Below, piece by piece: positions 12,708 through 24,994 of a stretch of DNA of 64,000 nt. Both the position numbers and the translations under genes were made by a program. The notes under the pieces are model-generated. The model saw only the letters and a program-made list of their open reading frames with translations, searched no databases and was not told the DNA's origin. Where the stretch lies: NCBI GenBank assembly GCA_036172245.1, contig JAYWIR010000002.1:7316001-7380000 (forward strand), read 5' to 3'. Origin of the DNA: Raillietiella orientalis (taxonomy: Eukaryota). Within the stretch, counting starts at the first letter, position 1, and each line of letters opens with the position of its first letter.

Positions 12708-13570
12708 CGCGTTGGCGGTCGTGTGGCTGCGGTCTCCGCGCGCGGCACGAAGCGTTGCGGGTTCGAATCCCTATGAGGAGGAGGATCGGCGCCGGGAAAC
12801 GCGGGCTGCGTCGTGGATTTCGGGTTCCCATTGCAGGATGACGCTGGTTGGCTTCGAGTGCGGCACTGGTTGTGACACCCGGTCACTCCGGGGCATTTAT
12901 TTATAAAGCAAACCTACGTGTCTGTGGCAGGACGTTTGATCCTGCCACGTTAATTATAAATACGAAAAGGAACCTGCCGGTAATTGGGGCACGCAGGCCA
13001 GCAGGGGGTTCGGAAAGGGATCACTATGTGCTGACTCACTATGTGGAGGACGTCCTTTGCATCCTTGTAAGGATGCCGGCAAGTTCCTGTTTTAGGACCC
13101 CCAGATGCGACCATCTTGATACTGTCTTCATGAAGAAGACAGCAAAATAGATGGCATCCCTGTCGTTCTGACCTCCTCTGGAGTTTCTCCATGCAGCTAC
13201 GATCCCTCGGAGGCAGCAAAGTGCTGCTAAGGATGCGGCCGGTTTGAGGACGTCGCGCAGGGAGAGGCGCTTTCAAACGTCTTGGGCGTTGCCGCCGGGG
13301 GTTCCAAGGGGCAAGGGCAAAGCTCCCCAAAAGGGTCGGGCGGCACTGGTGGAAGCCGGAAACCGGATGCTCCCATTGATTGCCTGGCCAGTGAACGGGA
13401 CCCGAAAATCATCTCCTAGCAACTCTCCCAACACATCCAGCAAGGCATCAGTGGACGCTTATGTATACAAAAGATGCTGAAGCTGTACTCCGGTTCCGAG
13501 GTCCTTCCAGGAAATCAAGGAGTCGACCTTCGGGGTTCCCTTCCGGTTGTGCAAGTGGAGCCTCCCGGGG
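12708..13570 (+). mobile_element. tRNA-derived SINE-like element, copy A, interrupted by an insertion at 12871-13345
   Basis: A-box-like TGGCGGTCGTGTGG and B box GGTTCGAATCC (12760-12770). Body GCAGGATGACGCTGGTTGGC..GTGCGGCACTGGT resumes after 13345 as GGAAGCCGG..CCGGATGC, and GGGGTTCCCTTCCGGTTGTG at ~13532-13551 is shared with the other copies. Confidence 0.75.
12871..13345. mobile_element. 475-bp insertion with TG...CA ends and a CTGGT target-site duplication; solo-LTR-like and hairpin-rich
   Basis: CTGGT at 12866-12870 and 13346-13350; begins TGTGACACCC, ends GGGCGGCA; absent from SINE copies at 40.7 kb and 61.9 kb. An alternative reading is an 11-bp duplication, GCGGCACTGGT. Confidence 0.7.
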
Positions 13571-14256
13571 GGGAATCTCCGTCTCGTACCATGGAGCTGG
13601 TTGAGAAGGGGAAAAAAATACACTGGAAAAAACTCCTTGCCCCCCCCTGCGAGGTGCCCCCTAACTTGAAGAAGAGTGAACACGCATCCCTGGAGGCGGG
13701 GAATAGTATTCAAGAGCTTTGCGAGCTCCTAGGCGAACGGTTCTTCGGTACTTAGCGAACCAAAAAAAAAAAACAGAAACACCGACTTGAATCTACTACT
13801 GCAGTGTCTCCAGTGCCCACTCACCATTGGAGTTAATCGCCGTTACTTTTGTGTTTTTTTTCATAGAGGTTTCCTGCTTCCAGAAATCCATTTCATTCAT
13901 TAAGGGTGGCGGATGTTTTATTTATTTGTTTATTTTTACGTTGACATGGCTCTTAGCGTTCTTAGCCGACTGCAGCGTCTTTTGTATGAGCGTCCATTAT
14001 AACGGATGCCTGCTGGACGTGTTGGAAGGGTTGCTAGGAGATCATGTGACGAACTTCGAATCGGAGCGTTGCGCCGAAAACTCGGGCTTCCTGTGGAATT
14101 TCATTTTGAGGCATCTCTGCACGGTTGGTTCGTTCGCACGGGTTTCTCTGAACCGTGGAGTCCGTTCCCAAGTGTGCCCAAACCGGTTTCAAAAAGTTGA
14201 GGATATCCCACTAACGGCATTGCCGTAGGGACTTTCGTTTTCCCTGGACACAGGAA

Positions 14257-14310
14257 ATCAACAACTTTCGGACAACTTTTCGGACAACTTTCAACATCAA
14301 CAACTTTTCG
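14257..14310 (+). repeat. Short tandem repeat of ACAACTTT(T)CGG-like units (4 copies)
   Basis: acaactttcg-gacaacttttcg-gacaactttc-aacatca-acaacttttcg. Confidence 0.9.
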
Positions 14311-15719
14311 TCTCCGGTTCCCAATTTCGGCATCTTTGTCTTTGTTCAGCTGCTGCTGTTTTCCTCATGTAAGACGAGTGATCCACAGTTAAATATTGGA
14401 AAAGTGGCAATCCATTAATCTTCCAATGCTTTTTTTTTTTTTTTTTGTGCTGATGGAGGATTTGGGAGAACCTTAAATGTGCCTATCGTTTCGTCAGGTG
14501 AAGTGAATTTTCCGATGATTTATGTTTCGTTACGTGTAGGTGTTCTTCCTGTGTTCTTTCCTCAAGTCGCGTGGTTCCATGTTTGCGCTACCCCACTTAA
14601 CTCAGCCATCTTTGAGGAGTTCTGTGCTCCTCCCCGAACGGAATGCGGCGGAGCAAGTCGACTCTCAGAGATGCTGCGAAGTTCGTGCGATGAGCTCTTT
14701 GCTTGCGCAAGTGGCAGCTGTTTGTTTATTTAATTTTCTCTCCCTTTCTGCCGATGGCTCAATTATAAAATACAAGCGGGTTCGTTTGCAAGTGTCTTAG
14801 CTGTGAGCAACATCTCTGTCTGTGGTTCCTTCGCTCCCGCTCTTGGACCCGCAGAGGAGATCAATTTTTTCGTTACGGAGATGCGCTATCATGTTCCTCG
14901 CTTCCGTGTTTTCTCCTTGCTTTTTGGCGGTTTTTCTTCTTCTTCCTCTTTTCGTGGGCGTTCTTCGCGGCATGGCCACGGGACTCCGAATCCCCTTTTC
15001 CACATTTCGATCTGCCGCTGCGATGCACCAGACCTTAAAAAATGAGCCGAGGGTCAATGGGAACGCAAGCATACCTGCGTCTGACGTGCAGGAAGAACGT
15101 GGGAATCACCTTGCACGTGAGAATACAGTACACTCTAGAAACTCGTGTACTCCGAAATGATTTAGTGCATACTTTGGGGCTAATATTTTGTTTGCCGGCT
15201 CCGTAAGTGCTGATCTGCGAAGCATTTGACACGAGAGCTCGCGCCTGTGCAGTGGCGTTGGTGTTTGGTATTTTTTTTTTTTTTTTTAAAAGAAAACTTA
15301 TTTCCGAGTCAATACTGCTTGCGTGGGGACCCGAGGCGAACTGATGTGCCGTGTCGTTTCCCGTAAAATCCTGACCGAAAGAAAGGCATGTGTTTGGCGA
15401 CTGCTGTGTATTTTCAAATGGCACTTGAGCTTCAATGGTCAACGGGTCACCGAGGTGTAAAACGGTTCTAAGAAAAAGGAAAAAGAAATTGTGGAAATTT
15501 TATCCTTGTGGGATTTTCCTTCACCTTGGTAGTCAGAGAGCCACAGAGGCTAAGTTTGTGTGTGTGCCACTTGGTTGGCAATTTTGTGTGCTCACCACTT
15601 GACCACGTGCGCTTCGAGCGTTGTGGTTTTCCCTCTTCCCCCAGAATCTCTCTAGACTGTAGGTTGGATTCGTCGTCCGGGAAGGTGTCTCAGTGGGAAA
15701 TACAAGGGGGAAGCCCGTC

Positions 15720-16010
15720 CTTCTGTCCCTCGCTGATTTAAGGTATTCGATTAAATCAGTCGCACGGAATTTCGTGGATCCTCGCGCTGCAGGCCAGCCA
15801 TTCATCTCTCCAGCAAGAGACCTACCTGCTGCCTCCAGATTTCTAGACGCAAGAATTGCTGCCACCGAGTCGTAAATTATGTTTCAGCAACGGAGAATGA
15901 TGATGGGTGTTGCATCAGGCTGGTCCATCCCATTTCCGGGACACCATCTCGGTGGAATGTCGTCCATCCAAGCGTGTCTGCTTCCTGAGCGGATCGAGCG
16001 CCCTCCCGAA
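15720..16010 (-). mobile_element. Possible decayed LINE (RTE-like) RT N-terminal fragment
   Basis: Minus strand across frameshifts: WMDDIP/TEMV, NIIYDS, KFRATDLIEYLK, loosely matching PGxDxIPxE..IYDSG..YRTISL. Confidence 0.3.
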
Positions 16011-19000
16011 GATCCGATCTCGGAGTCGAATTCCGTGCCTCCTGCACCTTGCTCCACCCCAGACTTTCAGGACGTCCCTGCCGGTGTTGGCGGTGTTCGC
16101 GAGACGCGAGGGTTCTCGATTTTGCCAGCGAGCGTGGCCCGCCGTTCTTCTCTGCTTTCAGCACAAACGCCTCTATACAAACAGCAGCGAGTGAGTGCCT
16201 TCCACAAGGTGAAAAGGTTTATCAATGATTAATCGACGCATCCTTTTATCTCGCCTTGCTTGTCCTCGTCGTCTTTAAATAATCAGGAGCGCTGACGAGA
16301 GCGAAAGTGCAGACCGTGTTTTATCTTGAAAGCTCCATTTCGAAATCCGGAAGAGCGCGGATGGGGGGGGGGGGGGATTCGTCCTCGCCGCTTCAGTGTA
16401 GTGCGGCAAGGGATCCGAGGAAGGGGGGCGTGCGATGCCACGGGTCCGTCGATGCGGCAGCGCGCGCGAAGAGCGCGAAGACGAAGTGAAAGACTGGATG
16501 GATGTTGCAGTAAAAAGAAGACGACGACAACAACAAAAAAAAAAAGAACTGGACCGAGATTCCATTCTGCAGTCCGTTTTATGCATGGCGATGAGTCGAG
16601 CTGCCCGATTTGATGAAGTGCTGCTTCATTCCCGCAGCGGGTCCGCTTCTCCTCCGAAGCGAGGTTGCTGATCCACTGTTAATGAGAGAGGCTGAGAATC
16701 GGCAATGCAGATTCCACTTTCCTAGGAAACGAATCGAAAAAAAAAAAAAAAAAAAGAGAGAGAGAGAGAGAGAAAGGAAAAATCTGGCGCTGATATTGAC
16801 CCTCCTTGCAACCTAGGTACCTCGAGCAGAAACGCTTCCGGGCGTGATGGAAACCACAGCACCCGGTTGCTCACTTGGTTTCATGGGTCCGAAGGCACAG
16901 CAGTACGCCCGTTTTTCCTCTTGCATTCTGTTTTGGGGTCCTCGCGTGGGTTCCTGAAATTTCCTTCGGGAAGTCGCAACTCCCTTCCCGGCAGAACGCG
17001 CCGCGATCATTCCGCGGGTCCGCTGCTGGGTCTGGAGTGTCGCGCGTCTAACCGACGTCCATGAAGCTCCTGAAACGCGGCGCGCGGGCCCGGACTGACG
17101 ACGGACGTGAGTTTCCTCGCGAGATTTGCCACCACTCGTTACACCGTGGATGACGGAAGGTAGTGCCGTGCAGTTGCAGGTCAGGTGTACACCTGACTGG
17201 CAGCATGAAGTTGCGAAAGATTAGCGGACGCATCCACGGGAGGTTTTCCATTTCTGATTGAATCTCCAGCCCCACTTTCATGGACTGTGTGGGCCCCACG
17301 TGGAATTGGGCCCCGCGAAACACCACATGTGGGCCGTCGCCTGTTTTCACTGCTCGCGTCGTTTCTGTGCTTCGACCGCTCGATCGAATCGGGAAACCTC
17401 TTGCCCTGTTGATTACACCAGAGGGATCGTAAACAACGGGAGTCAGCAAAGCGGGTCACCAAACGTATTAACAAGGAGGATTGTCCTTTCTGGACGTTCA
17501 GAACAAGGTAGTTTATTTGACGGTGGGAATTTACCAGTGGATTAGGCCGCGATTATCGATTGATCATTCGAAAGCGTGGAGGAATCGTGAGGAAGAGCGT
17601 GTGTGTGTTCCGGCTCCATTGGTCCCGTGCGTGGCAACGGGCTTCCATTTCGAGTTTCCCTGCTTCCACGTTCGGTGTGCTCTTCCGTTCGCCATCATGT
17701 CCAGCTATCAGTAGGTGGATGCCGAGGTAGCAGCCAGTGGTGAATTTGGATCGCGTAGCTGTTGATCTGCCTGTACGCTTACCCCTTTTCTCAAGGGATT
17801 GCTGCCGGGTTCCTTCCGTTTTGTGTTTCTCCTCGGTAGAATTTCCCAGCACGTTTTTCACCGGAGTCAAAGTGATGTTGAACTGAAGTGATTCAAAGTG
17901 GTGAAAAAAAAAAAAAAAACCCGCTTGAAAAAGTGTGGCATATTCCTCGTGTTGGCTCCCACGTCTCGGTGTGGCGAATCCTCCACGCTTCCCTCGACGC
18001 AGGTGAAAGAGGGATTCGAAGCAGAAGAGGAGAAGCTGAAGTGGGACGAAGGCGCGCCGCTGGAGAAGAACGCACTCACGCGGAAGTCTGTTGACACCTT
18101 CCGAAAATCCATGCAGCCCGGCTCATGGGTGGATTTTCTCGTTCGCGGTCGTTTCCCGATCACTTGGCAACGCGCATCGAGTGCCGTGCCGCGTTCGTTC
18201 GTTCCGACCGTTGCCATCAGGAAACCCCCCCCCCCCTGCGGGTGGTTGGCACGCGAGCGCACGCGTACAGTGATGTGTACACAGAGAGGGTCGTTTGTTG
18301 CGCGCCGAGTGCGTCTGCGCTCTGCAAGAGGACAGGGACGAAGTGAACCTGAGGGCAACTCTTGACCTGTCCCGTGGATGCTCGAGCGGCGCGAAGCAGA
18401 GCGGAAGCGGACCTCGAGATGGACCGCCTCTTTTGGCACTGCCATCACAGACCTCCCGTGCACGCCGCCAGGCGGGGATCGCGTTGGAAACGGTCGCGGC
18501 TAGGGTAGGCCAGTTTAGCGCTTCACCGTCGACACTCGACGGGGTCATCGACGTGGCGGCAGCTTTATTGCTCGTGGAGCTGCTCCGGCAAGCAGGCGGC
18601 GGTTGTCCTTTTGCCCCCACCCGACTGTGACGGTCTGGAAGGATGACTGCGGCTCAGGAGGAACAAGATGGTGAAACTGTGTCGGAGATAAATAAATAAA
18701 TAAAATGAAATGAAAACCCCGACCCGATTCGGAGGGTGAAGAAGTCGAATTCCACTTTCCCTCTCGAGGACATGGGGGAGCGCAGCGTCGCAGGGAGACA
18801 GAAATTCCGGTTTCGAGATTTCTTGGCGTATCTTGCGAAACCAAAACACGAGGTGAGGAATGTGGAGAAGATGCGCCGCAGCGAAGCGCTTGACGTGCTT
18901 CGGGCACACGACGAGAACTCGTTGCGAGCGGTTGACCGAAAGGGAACATTCCGACGTTTTCTGCCGGAAAAGAAGAGAGAGAGAGAGAGAGAGGAGGGGG

Positions 19001-21009
19001 GGGGAAGGAGGTTTCCAGCGTAAGCAGCCACTGGAATACAGCGAAGCACGAGGGTCGTCCTCTTAGGTAACAGCATATCATGTCGGCCTGTTGTGCGTGC
19101 GCCCCCTCCCCCCGAAGAGGAGAGATGCATCCTCGTCATGCATCCTCATCTCTTCTCTTGTCTTTCTCATGTGCCATGGAGGTGAAGTCGGGAACGGTTG
19201 TTTTGTCTTCCTTCGTTTCCCCGAGCAGCCGCCGTCGAAGCGCGCGCGTACCGACCGCTTCGCGCACGTGGACAGCCAAGGGCGCGCAGAAGCAGCAGCA
19301 GCAGAGAGGCAGCCTTCAATGAACTGCAGGGTTCTTTTTCTTATTCCCCCCCGTTTTTGTGAATTTTTCAAGGTTGCAGGTTTAAACTTGGGGGAGATAA
19401 AAATAGAAAAAGAAGAAGGGAGGGAGGGCGGGGGGGGGGGGGAGAAGGGCAGGAAGATTCGCTCGTGCGCTGGCGGTCAACTCGGCTGCTCATCCAAAGG
19501 TAAACCATCTATCTGTCGGATCCTTGCATAGGGTTGAGCAAATCTCCACGGAGCAGGGAACGGTGGGCGCTGCGAAGAACTGTTTTCGGAACCCTGCTAC
19601 GCCTCTCTAAAATAGAAGGAGCCGACGGACACGACCTGTTCGTGATGAATGCAGCACATGTCCTGATGGCACCCTGGGATGGAATTCGTTCATCAGTCCG
19701 TTCCTTCTTCCCCCCTCCCCCGCTTCCTCTGGGTGACTTCCGTGACAGTCACTCAGGTTCGCAAATGGAACGAGATGACGAGTTTTCGTGTGCTGATGAT
19801 GGTCCGCGGGAGTGTTTGAGTTTCGGTGCAGCATCCCGTGGACGGTTCGTGCGGAGGGTCGATGTCGTTCGCTCAGCCTCCGGACTGAATGCGATCAAGA
19901 CCACAAAATGTCCAGGGGGAAGGACTGCCAGCTCCTTTCCCGATTCGCCGCGGCGATAACTTCATGTTCTTTGCTTAGGCGCGCGGGGGAGGGAGGGTGG
20001 AGGTGGGAATTTTTCGGAACACCTCAGACCCTGGTGGCCGAAGCGGCTGAAAGGAGGGGAAGCTGGGTCATCTCGGAGCACGGCGTACTGCGCTCCGACG
20101 CTTCTCGCGCCGGGACGCGCGAAGCGAAGTGCTCTGGGATGCTGCGCGGAATTCCCATACGGAGAATGCGTCGCCTTCATTTATGGGCACCGTGCCTATT
20201 ATCGTCCCCCCCCCCCCCGCGCGCGCCCCGCGTTTCACCAAGGATTTCTGCTTCTGCAGCAGCCCTGAAAGGCGGCTCGCCGGCAGCTGCTCCTGTTGTT
20301 GCACTCCCTGTTTTCTCGCCTTTCCCTGTCTTTCGTGCCTGTTCGGCCCCAGTTATTCGCATTCCATCAGTCTGCATCTGCAGGTGCACGCGTTCACTCC
20401 CGTTCTTATTTGTGTTCACTGTCAACTGTTAACGAGTGTTTCCCCCTCGTGTTTCGAGTGTTTTCAACGTGTGTGGAGCGTGTTGTGTCACGGGCTCTTT
20501 CTTCCCCTGCTTCTTCCGGATCTCGGTTCCGGCGCTGCCGCTTTTGTTCGGGGTGGGTGGGGGGTCACTCGCTCGCCGCCCGATCGGGTCAGCGGTGGCC
20601 TCCTGCGTGTCTTTGGAACACGGGAACACGGAACGCGACGAGGTGAGACGAGTCCACCGCGATCGACCGGCGTGTCCTGGTGGCCTTGTGCGCCCTCTCT
20701 GCTGTTTTCGTCCTGCCTGTGTAATTTCGCTGTGCCCGTCTGCCCCGGCGATCGTTTTCCCTTCCACGCCAGGAGGCCCGTAATTGGGGACCTCGAGTGA
20801 AAATGGCACGTTAAGAGATACCCGGAACAGCCGAGAACGAAGGGTTTTGCCATTTGCATCGGGAACCTGCCGTGTTGCGGAGGGTGTGTATACACTCCTA
20901 TTACTTTATCTCCGTTTTTTTCTTTCTTCTTCATTCTGGCTAAGATTGGTTAACAGCTCGCTCATAGCTGCTGTGTGTGTGTGTGTGTGTGTTTTCCAGA
21001 GCGAAAGTG

Positions 21010-21040
<31 letters not shown>

Positions 21041-23860
21041 TTTTTCGAAAGTACGCTGTACATAAACGCGAATCTCTCGTGCTCGCGTGGTGGTCATTTG
21101 TGCTGCCAGCCGCCTGGTGGAAATGTGTTTGTGGAACTTTTCTGCCGTGGTGTTTCGCAAAGAGCGTGTTGCAAGGGTCGCCCGAGAAGGGTCGCCACAG
21201 TTACCCTCGGAAGCCTTCGCGGTTTCCTCTTCTCTTGCTCGCCTCCCCGGGCGCGGGTTCGAAACGGGAAGGTCCCAAACTCCAGGGATTTTTCCTTTTT
21301 CCCCTTGTTTTTTTTTTCTTTTTTGGAGTCACGCACGAACGCTGGCGGGCGGAGTACGTCCGTTTTGTTACAGAGTGATTATAGGATTGTGATTTTTATC
21401 AGGCGTGTAGGGAAGAACTACCTCCGAAAGCACGATTCATTTATTTTTTTTCTTCTTTTTCTTTTCGCGCCAGTACTAAAAGGAAAACCAAATTTTGCTT
21501 TTCTTTTCTTAAAGGGGGGGGGGGGGGTTCTTCCTTTTTTAATAGAGAGAGAGAGAGGGAGAGAGGGAGAGAAAGCTCTCTTGCGTGCATTCAACGATTA
21601 CGAACGCGCCTTAAGCATAATTCCGATCTATGAGAATGGTTTCCTTCCTATATAATGTTTAAGTCATTGAACGCTGCAAAGCAAATATTTATGGCTCCCA
21701 GTAATCAGCCAGTGTTGTAATCTGTTGGTGTATAAGTAGATATTGCACGTTTCGGACGAATGCCGGCGTTTTTTGCGTTTCGCATATGTTTGATGCCGTG
21801 CCATTAGACGGAGAGGCGATTAACTATATTTTTATTGTGGTGCCATGAGCGTTCGCAATTGCAGCACGGCCTTTCCCACTTTTATAAACACGGTAATGGT
21901 GTCCCCGTGAAGAGTTTGAGGCAGTTTGTTTTGCATTTTGACTCGTATTTTATTTTACTTTAATTTCTTTTTGTTTGTCTTGTTGTCGGACCTATTAAAC
22001 ATTTCCCATTCCTTTCTGCTTTCATCGCTGTTTTAGCGTCTGTAAAAAATACAGCCCTCGAGAGCTTTCTGATCAACAAGTTTTTATCTCCGGTTTTTAG
22101 CGGTCACCGGATGGTCCGTCATTGATTCGGAGGGTCGCGAAACCCGAAATCGCGGAGATGCCCATCCTTGTTATTCCTTTCTTCCCGCTCGAGCATTCTC
22201 GGCGGCCAACGTGTGGGCGCCTTCGGGGTCTGGCTTTTCCGTGTCGGTGCGGCTCTCTTTTGCGCGGGTGCGGCTCTTCCCTGCCGCCGCACCCGCGCTT
22301 CGCGTCCAGCTGCGCGTGGTTCGTCCGGATTCCCGCGGCCCACGGGAATCATCCGGAAAGGATGGCAAGGGTTTCTCTCCCATGGGGGAGCCGGATGCGT
22401 CCCTGACGACAACGACGCCCCCGCCGCGACGTGTCTGCCCTGTGTTTCCTCTGGAAGACTCCTCCGACGTCCCCCCCCCCCCCTTCAGCACTGGACCGAG
22501 TGCTGTCGCTCGGTCACCGCGCATGGCGCAAAGATGAGCGGCTTTGCCCGTTCGGGGGCGGCCAAGTGTCTCCGTCGCTTTTTAAGAAGGCGGCAGGGTT
22601 GCCACGCTTCTCAGTTTCCCGCGTGCGGTGTCTCTCTCTCTCGAATCGTGCGCAGAGCGTGTGTGTGTCCATTCTCTTTCCCCGCTGGCGCCAGCACCAC
22701 TTCGTCGTCTCTTCCCTCTTGATGGAGGGGGTGTTGGTGCTGCGCTTCCTGTTTCGACAGCGGCCAGCGAAGGAGGCTATCCAGCAAGCACGTCCTTCTT
22801 CTTCTAGCTCTGTGGGTTCGAGTGTGGACGCCCCGGTTTTCGCACGGTGCCCGTTCCATCGCTCTGATCCTGAATGGAGCGCGAGGACGCGAACGAACGC
22901 GCGCGCGCAGGCGAGTGTTATTGCGAGAGCTCCGTCCGCCCGAGCGAGGTGACTTCCTCCGCCCTGGAGCTTTCAACGCGAGCCGAGGTTCAAGTGGCAT
23001 CAGCCGGAAGAGGAAGAGGCTCGGCTGAGCTTCGCGTCGTGTCTTCTTGTGCTGCACAGCTGGCAGCCGTCGCCACCAGCGGGGGCAGAGATGTTCGAGC
23101 CGAACTCGAGGTGATCCGACTGCTCTTACGTGCAGGTCGTCGCTTGAACAAGAGGGTGTACAGCAAGATGATGCGCATCGCACCATTTCGTGAATGCGTA
23201 GGTGGCGAGGCAACGTTTTTTTTTTTTTTTTCCTTCTTTTTTTCCCCCTGCCTTCCCAGCGGGGAGGATGTTCCTTTCTAATGTTGGCATTTTTATGCGT
23301 GAATCGGAAAGCGTCGTCCCTCTAATCGCTCTTCTCTGATTGTGGCTAATTGTTAGCATGGTAGCACGAGACCTTCGAAGGCTCCAATCGATTACTGAGA
23401 TGTTTTCCTCTCTTCAGATTCCTTCTCCCTTGTTTGATAAAGATTCCTTGGATTTACATAGCTCTCCATGATGAAGCTGCTTGGCCATCTGCGGCGGACT
23501 CATAAGTGACACAACCGCTACACGGTGTCAGTCGATCGATTGCTGTCCTGTGATGTGGTCATGCAGCTCCCAAACCATGATGCATCATTAGTGGCCGTTT
23601 CGCGTTCCCAGTGACGACGTAGCTGGCTGCCGCCCGCCGCCGCCGGTATAATCGATGCTGACCAGTCCGAAGCAGAATGAGCTGTGCAACCAAGTAAGTT
23701 GGCCACCATTTGAATAGGATCTTGAGGGCGGTTTCCTTTTGCCTGTGGTGGTAGTGGTTTCTCCTTGTCTTGCGGCGGATGTTCGATTTTTAACTTTTCT
23801 TTCCTTCTTTTGCATATTTCGAAATGCATCCAGTAAGGAGTAGCGATTCCGTTAGAAAGA

Positions 23861-24994
23861 ATGAGAGGAGTCCAGATCATGAAGCCGACAGCTCGTGGGT
23901 TCCTGTCCGGACTGATGTTCTTGACCCTACTGCTCGCCTTGATTGCCATCCGGGATCGCTTCGAGTCGTTCAACGCTCCCGATTTCGCAGCGAAAAGCAC
24001 GATCAGGGGCGTCTCACGTGACGTCCCAGGTAACGTTTCTTCGACGGTGAGCTATTCGGACAGCCCCCCAAGCATCAAGGAAGCTGCCATCACGTGCCTG
24101 GACGAACCTTTGAGAACGTACCACTGGCAAACGGGGCAGTACCACATTGTGTACAACTACATCAAAGCTTCCAAGGTCTTTTGCCACAACGAAAGTATTA
24201 CTTACACGACTCATGCTGACCACACGTTCCTGGACAATCTGGAAGTTTTGAGCCAGAGGTGGAAAGGACCCATCTCGGTATCCATCTATGCTCCTGGTGA
24301 TGATTTCAGTGCCGCTCTACAATCAATCCACTATGTCCGTGAATGTTACTCTTATGTGAAAGACTTTGTTTCGTTCCATCTGATATTCACGGAACATCAC
24401 CAACCTCGGTTAAAGAATATCATTATGGATAGGGAAAAATTGTTGCATCGATTAGGGAGCCCTAATTGTTCTGTTGAGTTTCCTTGGTCCAACGATCGAA
24501 CCTACAGGAAATCTCGAAGACTGATGTATCCCATAAACGTAGCCAGAAATGCCGCTCGATTGGCGTCTTCCACTTACTTTGTGCTGCCATCTGACATAGA
24601 GCTCTACCCCAGTGAGAATGTCATTCCCGGTTTCTTAGAACTCATCCGACTGCATCCCGAACTGCTGGACCGTAATCCTCCCAAAGTATTCGTTTTCCCT
24701 ATTTTCGAAGTAAAGGAAAATGCCAAAACTCCCGAGAACAAGACAGAGTTGGTGCGAATGCTCAAGAACAAGGACGGAATATTGTTCCACGAGTACGTAT
24801 GCGCTTCTTGCCACCGGGTTCCGCAGCTGAAGGCATGGCTCAACGCCAACATCACCGACAAGCTCGAGGTGCTGCATGTAGCCAAGCGGTGGAGACCGTA
24901 CAACAGCTGGGAACCGATTTACATTGGTACAAACAAAGAGCCTCCCTACGATGAAAGGTTAAGTTGGGAAGGAATGTCTGATAAAATGACGCAG
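23861..24994 (+). CDS. B4GAT1: Beta-1,4-glucuronyltransferase 1-like (GT49 family), coding exon 1
   Basis: Type II membrane topology (FLSGLMFLTLLLALIAI). GT49 motifs ITYTTH, RWKGPISVSIYAPG, YPINVARNAAR, FVLPSDIELYPS, VFPIFEV, WEPIYIG, YDERLSWEGMSDKMTQ. Ends at CAG|GTGAGT donor (intron starts 24995), phase 0, 378 codons. Orthology versus paralogy within GT49 is not resolved. Confidence 0.92.

Noticed and set aside
14257..14310. CRISPR-like repeat array
   Set aside because: Units are ~11 bp with no unique spacers, in eukaryotic context with no cas genes.
16286..16336. Hammerhead-like core CTGACGA-GAGC-GAAA with GGAGC/GCTCC flanks
   Set aside because: Stem III does not pair convincingly and there is no UH cleavage site before the stem I partner.
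16885..16990. Possible HDV-like ribozyme (TCCTCGC, TTCG-capped hairpin)
   Set aside because: P2 and P3 cannot be formed in the required order.
18003..18130. Exon-like segment after a good acceptor (VKEGFEAEEEKLKW...)
   Set aside because: No recognisable homology, no clear donor and no partner exons; may be a UTR exon but is unsupported.
7484..23300. Many 100-280 aa ORFs on both strands
   Set aside because: Overlapping in all frames, driven by GC richness and microsatellites, with no recognisable domains.
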